Below are positions 1 through 10,455 of a stretch of DNA of 64,000 bases, piece by piece. The DNA is from Promethearchaeota archaeon (GTDB taxonomy: Archaea; Asgardarchaeota; Lokiarchaeia; Sigyniarchaeales; SOKP01), in contig JAHLWS010000080.1 of NCBI GenBank assembly GCA_019057795.1, forward strand, positions 59,172 through 123,171. Reading direction: 5' to 3'. The translations under genes and the position numbers were made by a program. Each line of letters opens with the position of its first letter. Position 1 is the first letter of the stretch. The notes beneath the pieces were generated by a model. The model saw only the letters and a program-made list of their open reading frames with translations, did no database searches and was not told the origin of the DNA.

Positions 1-2
1 TT

Positions 3-3000
3 TCTTCTGAAACTGACCCGTACCTAACAGATTATTACATTAACGGCTCAGGAGACAATCAAAACGTTAGAATTTACGCTTTAAATAGTTCGGAAACAAA
101 TGAGAATAATCAAGGTTTTTTTGAAATTCCTTCTATGTCAGTTACTGATACGACATATCTCACATATGGAAATTTCAACTTCACTTTCCAGAATAATTAC
201 ACAGCAGATCACGTAATAGAAGACACAAGCGCGTTAGACGCAAGAGAATTCATAAAATTTACTTATAATACTAGTTTATCCTCAATGAATGTGAATACTG
301 GAGAGATTCTCAATGAGCCTATCAATTTAGACTGGCTTGTCGATGGAAATCCTGATACAAATATTGAATTAAATTCTTCTTCGAGCGGAGAATTAAATTT
401 TACGATCGATTCAAGTTTTGCAGGTACATCATATATTAGTGGGAGTCCATCAATTAACCTCGCGTTTAATAGATCTTTTATATTAGGCTTAATTTCAACT
501 TTTTCAAGCAGTATTGATTTGGATGCTTATTTAACCTTAAAAATGTTTAATATATCTGACTCCACTTGGATAAACGTTACGGAAACGATGTTTATAAATA
601 GCAGTTTAGGCACTCAATTAATTGAAAACCGATACGTTAACGAAAACTTAAACTATATTAACTCCTCCGATATTAGTAAGATACAATTCTACTTACAAAG
701 CTTTGATAGCAATGACTTTGTCCTTACCTTAAGAGAATTTAAATTAGAGTCCACTTACGCGTTTGATTTACCTATTACCAATAGTGAATATGTCGCTTTA
801 GAGTTTGATTTGAAGGGAGAAAGTTCGGCAGTAAACGGTTTTTACGCTTGGATAAGAACATTGAATCTTACTGAAGCCCTTAACGCAGAACTAAATATAA
901 CCTTATACGAAGCTAATTCAACAATAACGAGAACTCAAGCTAATTTAAATAATTTAAAACCTAACAACACTAAATTAATCGATTCAATAATAATTGATTA
1001 TCGCGATTATCATGGAGATTCTTTATCCTATTTCGAATTTAACCAAGCGAATACTCAAAATCTAAAACTCTATAATTATTTCATAGTAATTAAATCAAAT
1101 CGTTCAGAACAAATATATAGCTTAGTAACACTTCCTGAATCTACTTATGGTGATCCAGACTCTACAGTAGATCATCAATTAAGAACAACTAATGACGATG
1201 GTCTAACCTGGAATGTTGCCACAAAACAAGTGACTCCAGGAGGCTACAAGTCCGAAGAATTAGATGCAGCAGCTTTTAAATTAAATGTAACGCGCGGATA
1301 TATGCCTTCTGACTTTATAAATCCTGACGATAATCAAGATACGCTAAAAATACAAGATATTCCAATAGAAAATCAAAAAATCAGCGATCCTCCTTACGAT
1401 GTAAGCTCATCGTTAGAATGGGGATTAGGGCAATGGAAGAACAACTTTACAGTTGAAATTGTCAATAATAGTTTACACAATTTCCAAATAGACCTCACAT
1501 GGAATAATAGTATTATTCAAGGGTTTAAATTCAACGTTACGTATACAGTAAAGGGTTATTGGGTAGAAAGCGCGAATAGTTATTATAAGGTATCATACGA
1601 TACAATTCCAAGGTGGAATTTAAATTATACACTAGATTTAGGTAATATAAATCTTGATAATTGGGATTTCCATGAATTTTGGTTTGTATATCCCAACGAT
1701 TGGGATGCAAAGAACCTGACTAATCCAAATTACGATGAAATTTACGAAGAAGTGATAAATAGCACAGGAGGAGAGACTAATTTTGACGCTAACCCATCGT
1801 ATGATTTTACAGCGATTAATAACGCCACAGTTAACGATATTGACGGAATATACTCTCTTAATTTAACGAGTAGCAACCTTATACATGAGATGCACAGTTA
1901 CATAAATTACAATGGAATTTTATGGGAGACAAATGGATTTATGTATGGAGATAATATATCTGTAGAAGTTGCTATCCAAGGCCCCGGCGGCATACCGCCC
2001 ACAAACGGTAATGCAAATGTTACATTGTTTTATCCAGATAATAGTACCATATTTCCAGGAGCAGAAAGGAATTCATCAGCAGGAGTGATTAAAAGTAATT
2101 CGCTTGTATATGATTTCAATAACCAAACTATTTTAAATGTTACCAAAGATACGCCTCTCCTTGGAAATTATTATTTAGGCTATTTCTGGGAAAACGGTTC
2201 CGCAGTTGGATGTAAGAAACTGAAATTATATATAGACACTTATGATGTTAATATGAATAGTTTATTCTACGAACCAATCTTGAATCAAAACGTCCTTGAC
2301 GGCATTGTAGACAAGGTTTATGAAAGTTATTCAATGTTAATTGGTACAATAAATGTAACCGATGAAAAATATTATCCAGACTTTTACGCGGTTAATAATT
2401 CTGATATAAATCAACAATTTATTTACGAAATAAACAATGAAAAGATACCAATATTAGTAAAAACCTTTTTACAAAATGAAACTCTTCTAAATCCCGATGA
2501 AGATATCAAAATAAGCGCAACAATTCAAAATTTGCACGATTTTGTCGATTTGGAAGTTAAATTAAAAGTTCAATTAGTGTCTTTGGTTAACGAAGAATGG
2601 ATAATTGCCGAAAAGTATACGGATGTAAAAACTCTAAATATAAGGGGAGATCCTAACGGTGCTGATACGCAAGAATTTTCCGTAAATCTTACAATACCGA
2701 CTCTTCAAGCAGACGGAGTTTGGCAAGGCGTAAACGCGCCCGTTAGAAAAGGAGGAGCTAAAACAATATTTACGGTCTATTTTGAATACGCTGGAGAAAG
2801 TCATGAAGTTGATACTTTTGAAAGTAATGAGTATTCTTTATTAATTAATAGCACTCAAAATGTATTTGAAGGGTACATTATAACTTTAAAATACGACGAG
2901 GAAATTACAGGAGCTTCTATATTAAAACCGTTTGAAAGAGAAGCGTGCCAATACATGCCCGATCATCAAACAACAATTGTTGTAAATATTTATGATAAAA

Positions 3001-4031
3001 ACTTCGTAAGCAGTTATAATCAATTTAATGAATCATTTTCCTTGAAAATAAATAGTCAATTCTCTGATATCGTTATTAATCCTCAAACACCAATTTACGG
3101 ACAAAAATTTTACATTAGTTCTGTGTTAACGACCGAATTCGGCGATGAAATTCCAAACAAGAAGGTGACTTGCCAATATTTTAATAGTGGTTTATGGGAA
3201 AACATTTCATCTCAAATTTCGGGTGCTAATGGAGTATCAAGCTTTGAAATTGATACTCTATCGCTACCACGTGAAGATGACCTTCTATTTAGGCTTACTT
3301 GGCAAGGAGAACAATATATTTTAGAGAACTCGCAAAACATTTCTGTGTCTATATACAAAGTATCTAACAACTTATCGTTGGGAATTGTATCGAACGTAAA
3401 TCAGATTATAAGAAACGGTAAAACAACAATTACAATAACATTAAATAATATTGGCGATTCAGAATTAACAATTTCTAATTCTAGTATATCTATTATAATC
3501 GATCCTTCTTTAACATATAGCATTGTTGAGATAAAACATTTAATATTAAACAACTTACAGCCGGGAGAATCTACAGACATAATAATATCAATAGAGATTC
3601 CAGCTATAAATCAGATGACGATTACAGTATCAGTAGAAGCAACTAACGAATTAACAAAAGAGAATATAACCGTTCAAGCGTTAAAAACTTTTAAAATTTA
3701 TGACATACCTCTTGCAAATTATATCACCGTTTTCTTTACGGTAATTGTGATCGGTATTTTTGCGTTATTATGGGGCGTAATGTACTTATATGTCAAAAGA
3801 ACTACGAAGAAAATTGAAACTCCTATCGAAGAACCTTCTAAGAAAAAACCAAGAAGAGGAAGGTATGTAAGTGTAAGTGAATTACCCAAAGAAGAACCTA
3901 AAAAAATGCCGGCAAAAAAACCAAGTAAAAAATTATCTAAAAAACAGAAAAAAAAAGAAATTAAGACAGAAAAGCCTGCAACAGATTTAGATTCTTTATT
4001 AGAAGAAAAAGGTCTTAAAGATAAAAAATAA
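3..4031 (+). CDS. Large membrane-anchored cell-surface protein (5'-partial; begins upstream of the window)
   Basis: Frame is open from position 3 to the ATG at 135. Asn/Ser/Thr-rich with many NxS/T sequons, one C-terminal TM helix (YITVFFTVIVIGIFALLWGVMYLYV) and a Lys-rich cytoplasmic tail. Confidence 0.75.
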   Translation, partial: SSETDPYLTDYYINGSGDNQNVRIYALNSSETNENNQGFFEIPSMSVTDTTYLTYGNFNFTFQNNYTADHVIEDTSALDAREFIKFTYNTSLSSMNVNTGEILNEPINLDWLVDGNPDTNIELNSSSSGELNFTIDSSFAGTSYISGSPSINLAFNRSFILGLISTFSSSIDLDAYLTLKMFNISDSTWINVTETMFINSSLGTQLIENRYVNENLNYINSSDISKIQFYLQSFDSNDFVLTLREFKLESTYAFDLPITNSEYVALEFDLKGESSAVNGFYAWIRTLNLTEALNAELNITLYEANSTITRTQANLNNLKPNNTKLIDSIIIDYRDYHGDSLSYFEFNQANTQNLKLYNYFIVIKSNRSEQIYSLVTLPESTYGDPDSTVDHQLRTTNDDGLTWNVATKQVTPGGYKSEELDAAAFKLNVTRGYMPSDFINPDDNQDTLKIQDIPIENQKISDPPYDVSSSLEWGLGQWKNNFTVEIVNNSLHNFQIDLTWNNSIIQGFKFNVTYTVKGYWVESANSYYKVSYDTIPRWNLNYTLDLGNINLDNWDFHEFWFVYPNDWDAKNLTNPNYDEIYEEVINSTGGETNFDANPSYDFTAINNATVNDIDGIYSLNLTSSNLIHEMHSYINYNGILWETNGFMYGDNISVEVAIQGPGGIPPTNGNANVTLFYPDNSTIFPGAERNSSAGVIKSNSLVYDFNNQTILNVTKDTPLLGNYYLGYFWENGSAVGCKKLKLYIDTYDVNMNSLFYEPILNQNVLDGIVDKVYESYSMLIGTINVTDEKYYPDFYAVNNSDINQQFIYEINNEKIPILVKTFLQNETLLNPDEDIKISATIQNLHDFVDLEVKLKVQLVSLVNEEWIIAEKYTDVKTLNIRGDPNGADTQEFSVNLTIPTLQADGVWQGVNAPVRKGGAKTIFTVYFEYAGESHEVDTFESNEYSLLINSTQNVFEGYIITLKYDEEITGASILKPFEREACQYMPDHQTTIVVNIYDKNFVSSYNQFNESFSLKINSQFSDIVINPQTPIYGQKFYISSVLTTEFGDEIPNKKVTCQYFNSGLWENISSQISGANGVSSFEIDTLSLPREDDLLFRLTWQGEQYILENSQNISVSIYKVSNNLSLGIVSNVNQIIRNGKTTITITLNNIGDSELTISNSSISIIIDPSLTYSIVEIKHLILNNLQPGESTDIIISIEIPAINQMTITVSVEATNELTKENITVQALKTFKIYDIPLANYITVFFTVIVIGIFALLWGVMYLYVKRTTKKIETPIEEPSKKKPRRGRYVSVSELPKEEPKKMPAKKPSKKLSKKQKKKEIKTEKPATDLDSLLEEKGLKDKK

Positions 4032-4092
4032 AAATAAAATCTACTTTTTTTAATATTCTTTTAAAATTTTTTCTAAAAAAGAGGAAATAAAA

Positions 4093-4446
4093 TTATATCT
4101 TTGAAATTGAAATTAGGTTTCTTTTTAGAAGACTTAGAGATGCTTTTCCGTCTAAACCTGCTAAAGCAATTAGGACAATTGCATCAGACTTGACGATTAC
4201 GACATAACCGCTTTCTAGATCGATAGTAGCTGTTTTAAATGCTCCTTTACCGATATCATTACCCATAGTGCCCGAAGCTTTTATTATAGCTACGCAAGTT
4301 TTTGCTATCGCACTGTGATCCATTTCTGTTATCGTTTGGCCAATAATGACTTTTCCTTGCAGATCAGAGGCTATTAAACCTTCGGTTTCAGGAACTATGT
4401 CAAATAATTCTGATAATTTTTTTTCAATAACTTTTTTATCTACCAT
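4093..4446 (-). CDS. Roadblock/LC7 domain protein
   Basis: 117 aa; pattern 'EGLIASDLQGKVI...ATIDLESGYVVI...IVLIALA' typical of roadblock/MglB fold. Confidence 0.75.
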   Translation of the reverse strand: MVDKKVIEKKLSELFDIVPETEGLIASDLQGKVIIGQTITEMDHSAIAKTCVAIIKASGTMGNDIGKGAFKTATIDLESGYVVIVKSDAIVLIALAGLDGKASLSLLKRNLISISKI

Positions 4447-4757
4447 AAAAATACTACTCTTTATCTATATTAATTAATATAAATTTGAATTCTGAATTAG
4501 ATTACTCAAGTTAGTCTAAATAAATTCTTAAATATATATATATTTTAAAGAAATTTAAATTTATCAAAAATACAAAAAAAAAGCGAAAAAGTAACTTTTA
4601 AGTCTAAATAGCAATTCATTGATTTGTATTAATTAAGCAAAATTTTATTTTTATTATTTTAGTAATAATTTTTAAGCCTTTAGTTTATTATTATTATTAA
4701 ATATTATAGGTTATAGATCATAAAATCAGATAAAATAATAATGAGAGAGAAGTTAAA

Positions 4758-5042
4758 TTGATTAATAGAAGAGAAGTCAAGGATATCATCAGAAAGTTTG
4801 AGGAACGCGAAGGAATTCGCGGGGTCATCATTTGCGATTCAAGCGGTTTACCAATAGATTCTAACATGAATATTGAAATAAGCGAAGAAATATCTGCTTA
4901 TGTAACATCTTTAATTGGGAAGGGTAAACAAGTCGTTAAAGCCTTAAAAGAAGGTGGTTTGAAATTCATACGTTTGGAGACATCTAAAGGCGAGACTATG
5001 ATAGCTTTAGAAGAGCAACTTATTCTAATTATCCTAAAATAA
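4758..5042 (+). CDS. Roadblock/LC7 domain protein
   Basis: 94 aa; 'GIRGVIICDSSGLPIDS...LKFIRLETSKGETMI' resembles dynein light chain roadblock. Confidence 0.85.
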   Translation: MINRREVKDIIRKFEEREGIRGVIICDSSGLPIDSNMNIEISEEISAYVTSLIGKGKQVVKALKEGGLKFIRLETSKGETMIALEEQLILIILK

Positions 5043-5114
5043 ATCAATCTTTTATTATTTTAATTTTATCAGTTATAGTCTTATTTTTAAATTTTTTAAA
5101 ATAAAAATCAGTTA

Positions 5115-5759
5115 TTAAAGAAAAAATTTCTTAAACATATTATACTTTCTTTCTTCCCCTATTGAAGTCAGATCCATATGTCCAGGGCAGACGAGAAAAT
5201 CGTCATTGAGGGATTTATTGTACATTATTTTATTTTTGATACTTGCGAACAAAAGATTTTGATCTCCTCCCTGGAAATCCGATCTTCCAATGCTCCCTCT
5301 GAATATTAAATCGCCCGAAAATAAAAGACCGTCAACATTTTTGCCGTTAAATTCCTTGACATCTGAAGAATAAAAGCATAATGACCCTGGGCTATGACCA
5401 GGCGTTTCTAATACGTGAAGGTTAATTTTTCCGATATTTATCGAATCACCCTCGACTAACCACCTATTAGCTTCCTTTTGGAAAGTCCCAGATTCGTGTT
5501 CTTTTCTACTATACATCAATGGTATTTGAAAATGGCGTATAATTTGTCCAACTCTAGTAGTGTGATCGAAGTGTCCGTGAGTTAGTAAAACTGCGATAGG
5601 TTTTCCTCCTATTTGTTCGATAGATTTAATAATAGTTTTTCCATCTCCACCTGGATCTATTACAACAATTTCTTTTGTTTCGTTAGAACCAAAGATGTAA
5701 CAATTGGTGGCTAAAGGTCCAACAACCAGCTTCTTGAAAATCATAAAGTCTTTGCTCAC
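5115..5759 (-). CDS. MBL-fold metallo-hydrolase (glyoxalase II-like)
   Basis: THGHFDH, TPGHSPG, GDLIF and PGH motifs. Confidence 0.9.
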   Translation of the reverse strand: MSKDFMIFKKLVVGPLATNCYIFGSNETKEIVVIDPGGDGKTIIKSIEQIGGKPIAVLLTHGHFDHTTRVGQIIRHFQIPLMYSRKEHESGTFQKEANRWLVEGDSINIGKINLHVLETPGHSPGSLCFYSSDVKEFNGKNVDGLLFSGDLIFRGSIGRSDFQGGDQNLLFASIKNKIMYNKSLNDDFLVCPGHMDLTSIGEERKYNMFKKFFL

Positions 5760-5851
5760 AAATTTGACAACTAAATTCTTTTATCTGAAAAAGGATGAAA
5801 GATAAAAAAAATGTTTACTAGGTTTTTGAGGTACAAAACGAAGTCTACAAT

Positions 5852-6139
5852 TTATTTATTATTTATTAGGGTATTAATCTCAACTAGCTTATTGTAAACA
5901 TCTAGACCCTTATCGGTTAGTTTAACATACTTTTTCTTGTTATTTTGTTCAATTGCGATGAGTCCTTTGTTAATTAAGTCTTCTTTTACCCTAAAAAACG
6001 AATTATAATAGCTAAATTTATTCAATTCGTTGTAAAAAGTATGCTTATCAGTTTTATAACCTTTAAATTGAATAAGGACTTCCAAAGTATCTCTAAAACC
6101 TTTCTTTTTCAAAAAATTTATTAAATCGTCAATAGTCAT
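5852..6139 (-). CDS. Small winged-helix DNA-binding protein
   Basis: Start moved to ATG 6139 (MTIDD...); C-terminal 'LINKGLI...YVKLTDKG' wHTH wing signature. Confidence 0.6.
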   Translation of the reverse strand: MTIDDLINFLKKKGFRDTLEVLIQFKGYKTDKHTFYNELNKFSYYNSFFRVKEDLINKGLIAIEQNNKKKYVKLTDKGLDVYNKLVEINTLINNK

Positions 6140-6404
6140 TATATCCCTTACCTTAGTTAAATGGTAACATTTAATTTTACTTAAATGTAATAAAGTAAAA
6201 GTAACAAATTTAAAAAACGTTATGAAAATTTTTATTATTATATTAATGATAAACTGCAATGAGTTTAAAATTAAGCTCAGAATAATTAACGACATAAATG
6301 AATTCTTTTCTCTTTTAACTTAAAATACACCTTAAAAAAACTTAATTATGGACTTCTTAGCAATTTATCAAACTTTATAATTCGATGTTAATTTTTTATA
6401 TTGA

Positions 6405-7136
6405 ATGGATTTAAGTAGATATTTTGAAGCCGAAAAAGGCAATACACCGGTAATCTTATCGTGCCCTCACGGAGGCTATAAAAAGCCAAAAAGGATGCAA
6501 AACAAAATTACTGGGATGAAAATTGCAGACAAGAATACTTTCTTCATAGCAAAATTAATAATTAATCTACTTAAAGTAAAAAATGTCGATATATATTACA
6601 TTTTAAGTAAGATACATAGAAGTAAAATTGATTTAAACAGACCATTTCACTCAAAAAGTGCCTTTAATCATTCCTCTACCGAAGCCCAAAACATCTTTCG
6701 CGCTTATCACGACCAATTAAATAATTATGCTCAAGAGTGCGTTTTAAAGCACAATAGAGCTTTGATAATAGACTTTCACGGGTTTACGAAGCCTTACAAG
6801 GGATATCCTGACGTAATATTTGGCCACATCTTTGGCAAAACCCTTGATCTTCTTGAAAATTCAAAGGAACAAGATTGTAATAGATATTGGGGCTGTGCTC
6901 AATTACAAGACGAAATTTCTAAATATTTTGTGTTGGATGATGGATTAGCCCTAACAGATTTTAATCTATCCTATTCAGGAGGATACATTACGCATCAATT
7001 TTACAACAGAAGTAATGTTAGCGCTATTCAAATCGAAGTCGCAAAACAAATCCGCTTAGATTTTGATCGCACCAATGTTTTAGTCAAAGCAATAGCCAAC
7101 GCTATAATTAAATCAGTAAATAGAATAATAATCTAA
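6405..7136 (+). CDS. N-formylglutamate amidohydrolase family protein
   Basis: SCPHGG, R..IDLNR, IDFHG, YSGGYIT and AIQIE motifs. Confidence 0.8.
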   Translation: MDLSRYFEAEKGNTPVILSCPHGGYKKPKRMQNKITGMKIADKNTFFIAKLIINLLKVKNVDIYYILSKIHRSKIDLNRPFHSKSAFNHSSTEAQNIFRAYHDQLNNYAQECVLKHNRALIIDFHGFTKPYKGYPDVIFGHIFGKTLDLLENSKEQDCNRYWGCAQLQDEISKYFVLDDGLALTDFNLSYSGGYITHQFYNRSNVSAIQIEVAKQIRLDFDRTNVLVKAIANAIIKSVNRIII

Positions 7137-7143
7137 TAGATTT

Positions 7144-7350
7144 TTATTTCCGAATAACATAATGAAAAATTGTAAAGAAAAAAAAGCCCGTAATAAAAAT
7201 TAATGTAACCATTATAGTTATAACAATTTGATACTCAACCCAATTACTAAAATTTCCAGTTGCAAGAAACGTAACGGAGAAAATTGTTGCGATTAAAAAG
7301 ATAATAAAAAGCGGTAGGGTTTTACATATTTCCTTAATTCGTTTATTCAT
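7144..7350 (-). CDS. Small two-TM membrane protein
   Basis: 68 aa with two hydrophobic helices and basic termini. Confidence 0.55.
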   Translation of the reverse strand: MNKRIKEICKTLPLFIIFLIATIFSVTFLATGNFSNWVEYQIVITIMVTLIFITGFFFFTIFHYVIRK

Positions 7351-7407
7351 TATTTATATTAATCTTTGTTTGATATTTAATATTTATATCGCATAAAGAA
7401 TGCTTAG

Positions 7408-8196
7408 TTACTTCTTATTTACAAATTTCAAAAAAGCTTTAACAACTATGTGAAACTTTGGATCAGGAACTACGGTTAAGTGATCTTTGCCTTGGATCTG
7501 AAAATGACAAGCTCCAGGAATCAATTCTGCTACTAATGTTTTGTTAGTCATCAATGCATCGTCAGATCCTAATACAGATAACACGGGTACTTTAATTTTT
7601 TTGAATGTTAATTTCATTTCTGAGAAAGATGTAAAAATATCGTCTACATCGCGAGCAAATCCCTCCATAACAGCAATTAAAGCTTTCAAATCTGCGCCCG
7701 TTAATTCAGCAAAGTTACGAAACTGTCTAGCTAAGGGATTTTTTACTTGTTTAACGCTTTCAGCTTTAAACGCGTTGATCATAGGTTTGTTAGATTGCTC
7801 CAACTGTTCACGGCTAATTTTAGAAGGAATAAATCCACCTAATACTACGCTTTTAACTCTATTGGGCTCATGTAGTAATAAACCGAATGTAATACTTCCG
7901 CCCATAGAATACCCAAAGAAGTTTGCCTTTTCAATAGACAAATGATCCATCAATTTCACAATATCTTCCATCATTTTTTTGCCATATTGAGCTGGACTCG
8001 TGGGTTTGTCGCTTTTTCCATGACCTCGGCAATCCACCAAAATTAACCTGTTATTATCTTTTAAAGTTCTAATCCAGTTTGTTAATCTCCAATTGAGTTC
8101 GATATTTGAGGCGAATCCATGGATCATTATCAAATCAGGACCGTTTCCTTCAATTTCGTAATATATTTTAACTCCTTCATTTTCAAAAAAGGGCAT
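7408..8196 (-). CDS. Alpha/beta hydrolase
   Basis: HGF, DCRGHGKS, GYSMGG nucleophile elbow, C-terminal DH. Confidence 0.9.
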   Translation of the reverse strand: MPFFENEGVKIYYEIEGNGPDLIMIHGFASNIELNWRLTNWIRTLKDNNRLILVDCRGHGKSDKPTSPAQYGKKMMEDIVKLMDHLSIEKANFFGYSMGGSITFGLLLHEPNRVKSVVLGGFIPSKISREQLEQSNKPMINAFKAESVKQVKNPLARQFRNFAELTGADLKALIAVMEGFARDVDDIFTSFSEMKLTFKKIKVPVLSVLGSDDALMTNKTLVAELIPGACHFQIQGKDHLTVVPDPKFHIVVKAFLKFVNKK

Positions 8197-8325
8197 TTTC
8201 GTTTATCCTAACTGTTTTATTCATAATTAATCTAAATTGTTTAAATTTTAATTACTCACATTATTTAAATAAGTTTATTTCTTCTTTCTATTTAGATTAC
8301 AATAAAAGAAAGGTAATTACTTCTT

Positions 8326-8871
8326 ATGATTGAAAAAGAATCTAAACAAAAGCAGAATTCTACAATTATAATGATAATAGGGATAATTTTCTCATTTCTT
8401 GGAATTTCATTTATGAGTATCCCGTTCCCAAATACAGTTGTGATTGAGAATTTAGGACAATTTGGTATCGCAGAAGGTGTAACATATACAATACACTATA
8501 ATTATCCAATGTTTTCAAATAATCAAAAACTAACTATTAGTCTAGGGGCAGTTAACAGTTCTTTTTCAATATTAGTACTTAATGATAACGACCACGGAGC
8601 TTGGATTAATGAACAAGGAGGATATCTCCCTTGTTACGCGGAACAGAATATTAGTGGAGTCTATAAAACCCTTCATCTAAATCAACCTTTTATTGGTGTT
8701 ATAAATATTATTATAACTGCTGAAACTTTATTAGAAATATATGGAACAATTCAAACAAACTATTCATCTCACTATGTTATGGAAGGGTTAATACCTTTAA
8801 TGATTGGAATTATTTTAGCAATATTTTTAGTATTACGGAAATATAGATTTAAAAAACCTAAGATAAAATAG
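8326..8871 (+). CDS. Hypothetical membrane protein (N- and C-terminal TM, extracellular beta domain)
   Basis: Hydrophobic segments at both ends, basic C-tail. Confidence 0.6.
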   Translation: MIEKESKQKQNSTIIMIIGIIFSFLGISFMSIPFPNTVVIENLGQFGIAEGVTYTIHYNYPMFSNNQKLTISLGAVNSSFSILVLNDNDHGAWINEQGGYLPCYAEQNISGVYKTLHLNQPFIGVINIIITAETLLEIYGTIQTNYSSHYVMEGLIPLMIGIILAIFLVLRKYRFKKPKIK

Positions 8872-9172
8872 ATTTGAATTTCCACATTTTTTTTTTTATC
8901 TTATTGGAGTGTTTTTTAAGTTTTTGTCGATTTAAGACTCTTTTTATTGAAAATTTTCAAAAATTAGAAAATTTTTCAATCTGACTTTGTAGTTATGTTC
9001 ATTTATTTCCATATAAGTTAAACAGTTTTTAGAGACTCAAATTTATCTTAAAAAATAAATTAAAAATTTAAGAAGAAAATGAAATAAATAATAAAGTTTT
9101 TAAATGTCATCTCACAATAATATAATAATAGGGAATTTATTCCCACAAAAATAAAAGGTGATGTAAAAAAAA

Positions 9173-9388
9173 TTGATAAAATGTGAAAAATGTGGAAAAC
9201 ATCATGCGTTATATCACGATTGCAATCAGATTTCGATAAGTCATGGAGTAGTGTTTCAAGACGACCGAAAATGTTACGATTGGAATTGTTTTTTAACCAA
9301 AGCTTCAAGTATTTACAAGATTGAAGAACGAATCTTAGATAGTTATTTTAACGATTCAAAAGTTAACCCGTTATTCGCTTATGAATAA
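9173..9388 (+). CDS. Small Cys/His-rich hypothetical protein
   Basis: CxxC...H...C...C...C; AAGGTGA SD upstream. Confidence 0.5.
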   Translation: MIKCEKCGKHHALYHDCNQISISHGVVFQDDRKCYDWNCFLTKASSIYKIEERILDSYFNDSKVNPLFAYE

Positions 9389-9498
9389 ATTCGTTTGAAA
9401 GTTTTTATTATTTCCTTATTTTTATAACTTAACTAAAGAATTTTAACCTTTTAATTCAAAATAGATAATTTCTTATATTTTTTTTAAGACCAGTCATT

Positions 9499-10398
9499 AT
9501 GCTTCGAGAAGTATTTGAGTCAGATATCGCTATTATTGGACATTTTGCGAAGGATATTATAGAAATTGATGGAGTGAGCAAATCAGCATTAGGAGGATCT
9601 GTATTCTACGGTGGAATCGCAGGAAGTCGAATGGGTTTAAAAGTAGCGATTATTACCCGTTTAAAAAGCGAAGATTTCCTAGATTTAGAGATTTTTGATA
9701 AAAACAATATAAAATACTATGCGAATCCCGCTAAAGAAACATCTGGGATTAAAAATATATATTTGTCGCAAAATATGGAATTTAGAAGTTACAAACCTTT
9801 AGGTTTTGCAGGTGCATTTACTAAAGAAGAAATTCCTCAAATTGATACAAAATATTTCGTTATAGGTCCGATTCTCGCGGGCGAAATCGACTTAGAACTG
9901 TTAGATTATTTGTCTGAAATATATAGTGGCAAATTAGGTCTTGATATACAAGGATTTATTAGAGGTTTAAAGGATAACAAAATACAATATTACGATTTAA
10001 CCGAAAAAGAAAAGGTTGAGATAATATCTAAAGTAAATTACTTAAAACTTGACACCACCGAAGCGAAAGTCCTTACAAATCTATCTTCAATACCGAAAGC
10101 AGCAAAACTACTAAACAAATTGGGACCGAAAGAAGTTCTTATTACACACGAAGAAGGAGTCAATGTAAGCGTTAATAACAATTCTTACTTTTTTCCTTGG
10201 AAAAATAAAAGGAGCATAGGAAGGACGGGCAGAGGCGACACGGCGTTTATCAGTTATTTAGGTTCCAGGATAACTAAAAATCCTGAGGAATCATTGAGAT
10301 TCTCCGCGGCTTTAACTTCTCTTAAAATGGAATCAATTGGACCATTTTCTTTACCCTTATCTCTCGTTGAAAAACTTATAAAAGAAGAATACTCGTAA
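9499..10398 (+). CDS. PfkB family carbohydrate kinase
   Basis: N-terminal GG motif and C-terminal RTGRGDTAF anion-hole motif. Confidence 0.85.
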   Translation: MLREVFESDIAIIGHFAKDIIEIDGVSKSALGGSVFYGGIAGSRMGLKVAIITRLKSEDFLDLEIFDKNNIKYYANPAKETSGIKNIYLSQNMEFRSYKPLGFAGAFTKEEIPQIDTKYFVIGPILAGEIDLELLDYLSEIYSGKLGLDIQGFIRGLKDNKIQYYDLTEKEKVEIISKVNYLKLDTTEAKVLTNLSSIPKAAKLLNKLGPKEVLITHEEGVNVSVNNNSYFFPWKNKRSIGRTGRGDTAFISYLGSRITKNPEESLRFSAALTSLKMESIGPFSLPLSLVEKLIKEEYS

Positions 10399-10455
10399 TC
10401 TATTAAATAATATAAAATAGAAGAATTTTAAAAGTTAATTTATATGGATAAATTA

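Noticed and set aside
5852-6295. 147-aa version of the wHTH ORF
   Set aside because: The first 52 codons are low-complexity translation of AT-rich promoter DNA; ATG 6139 is the more plausible start.
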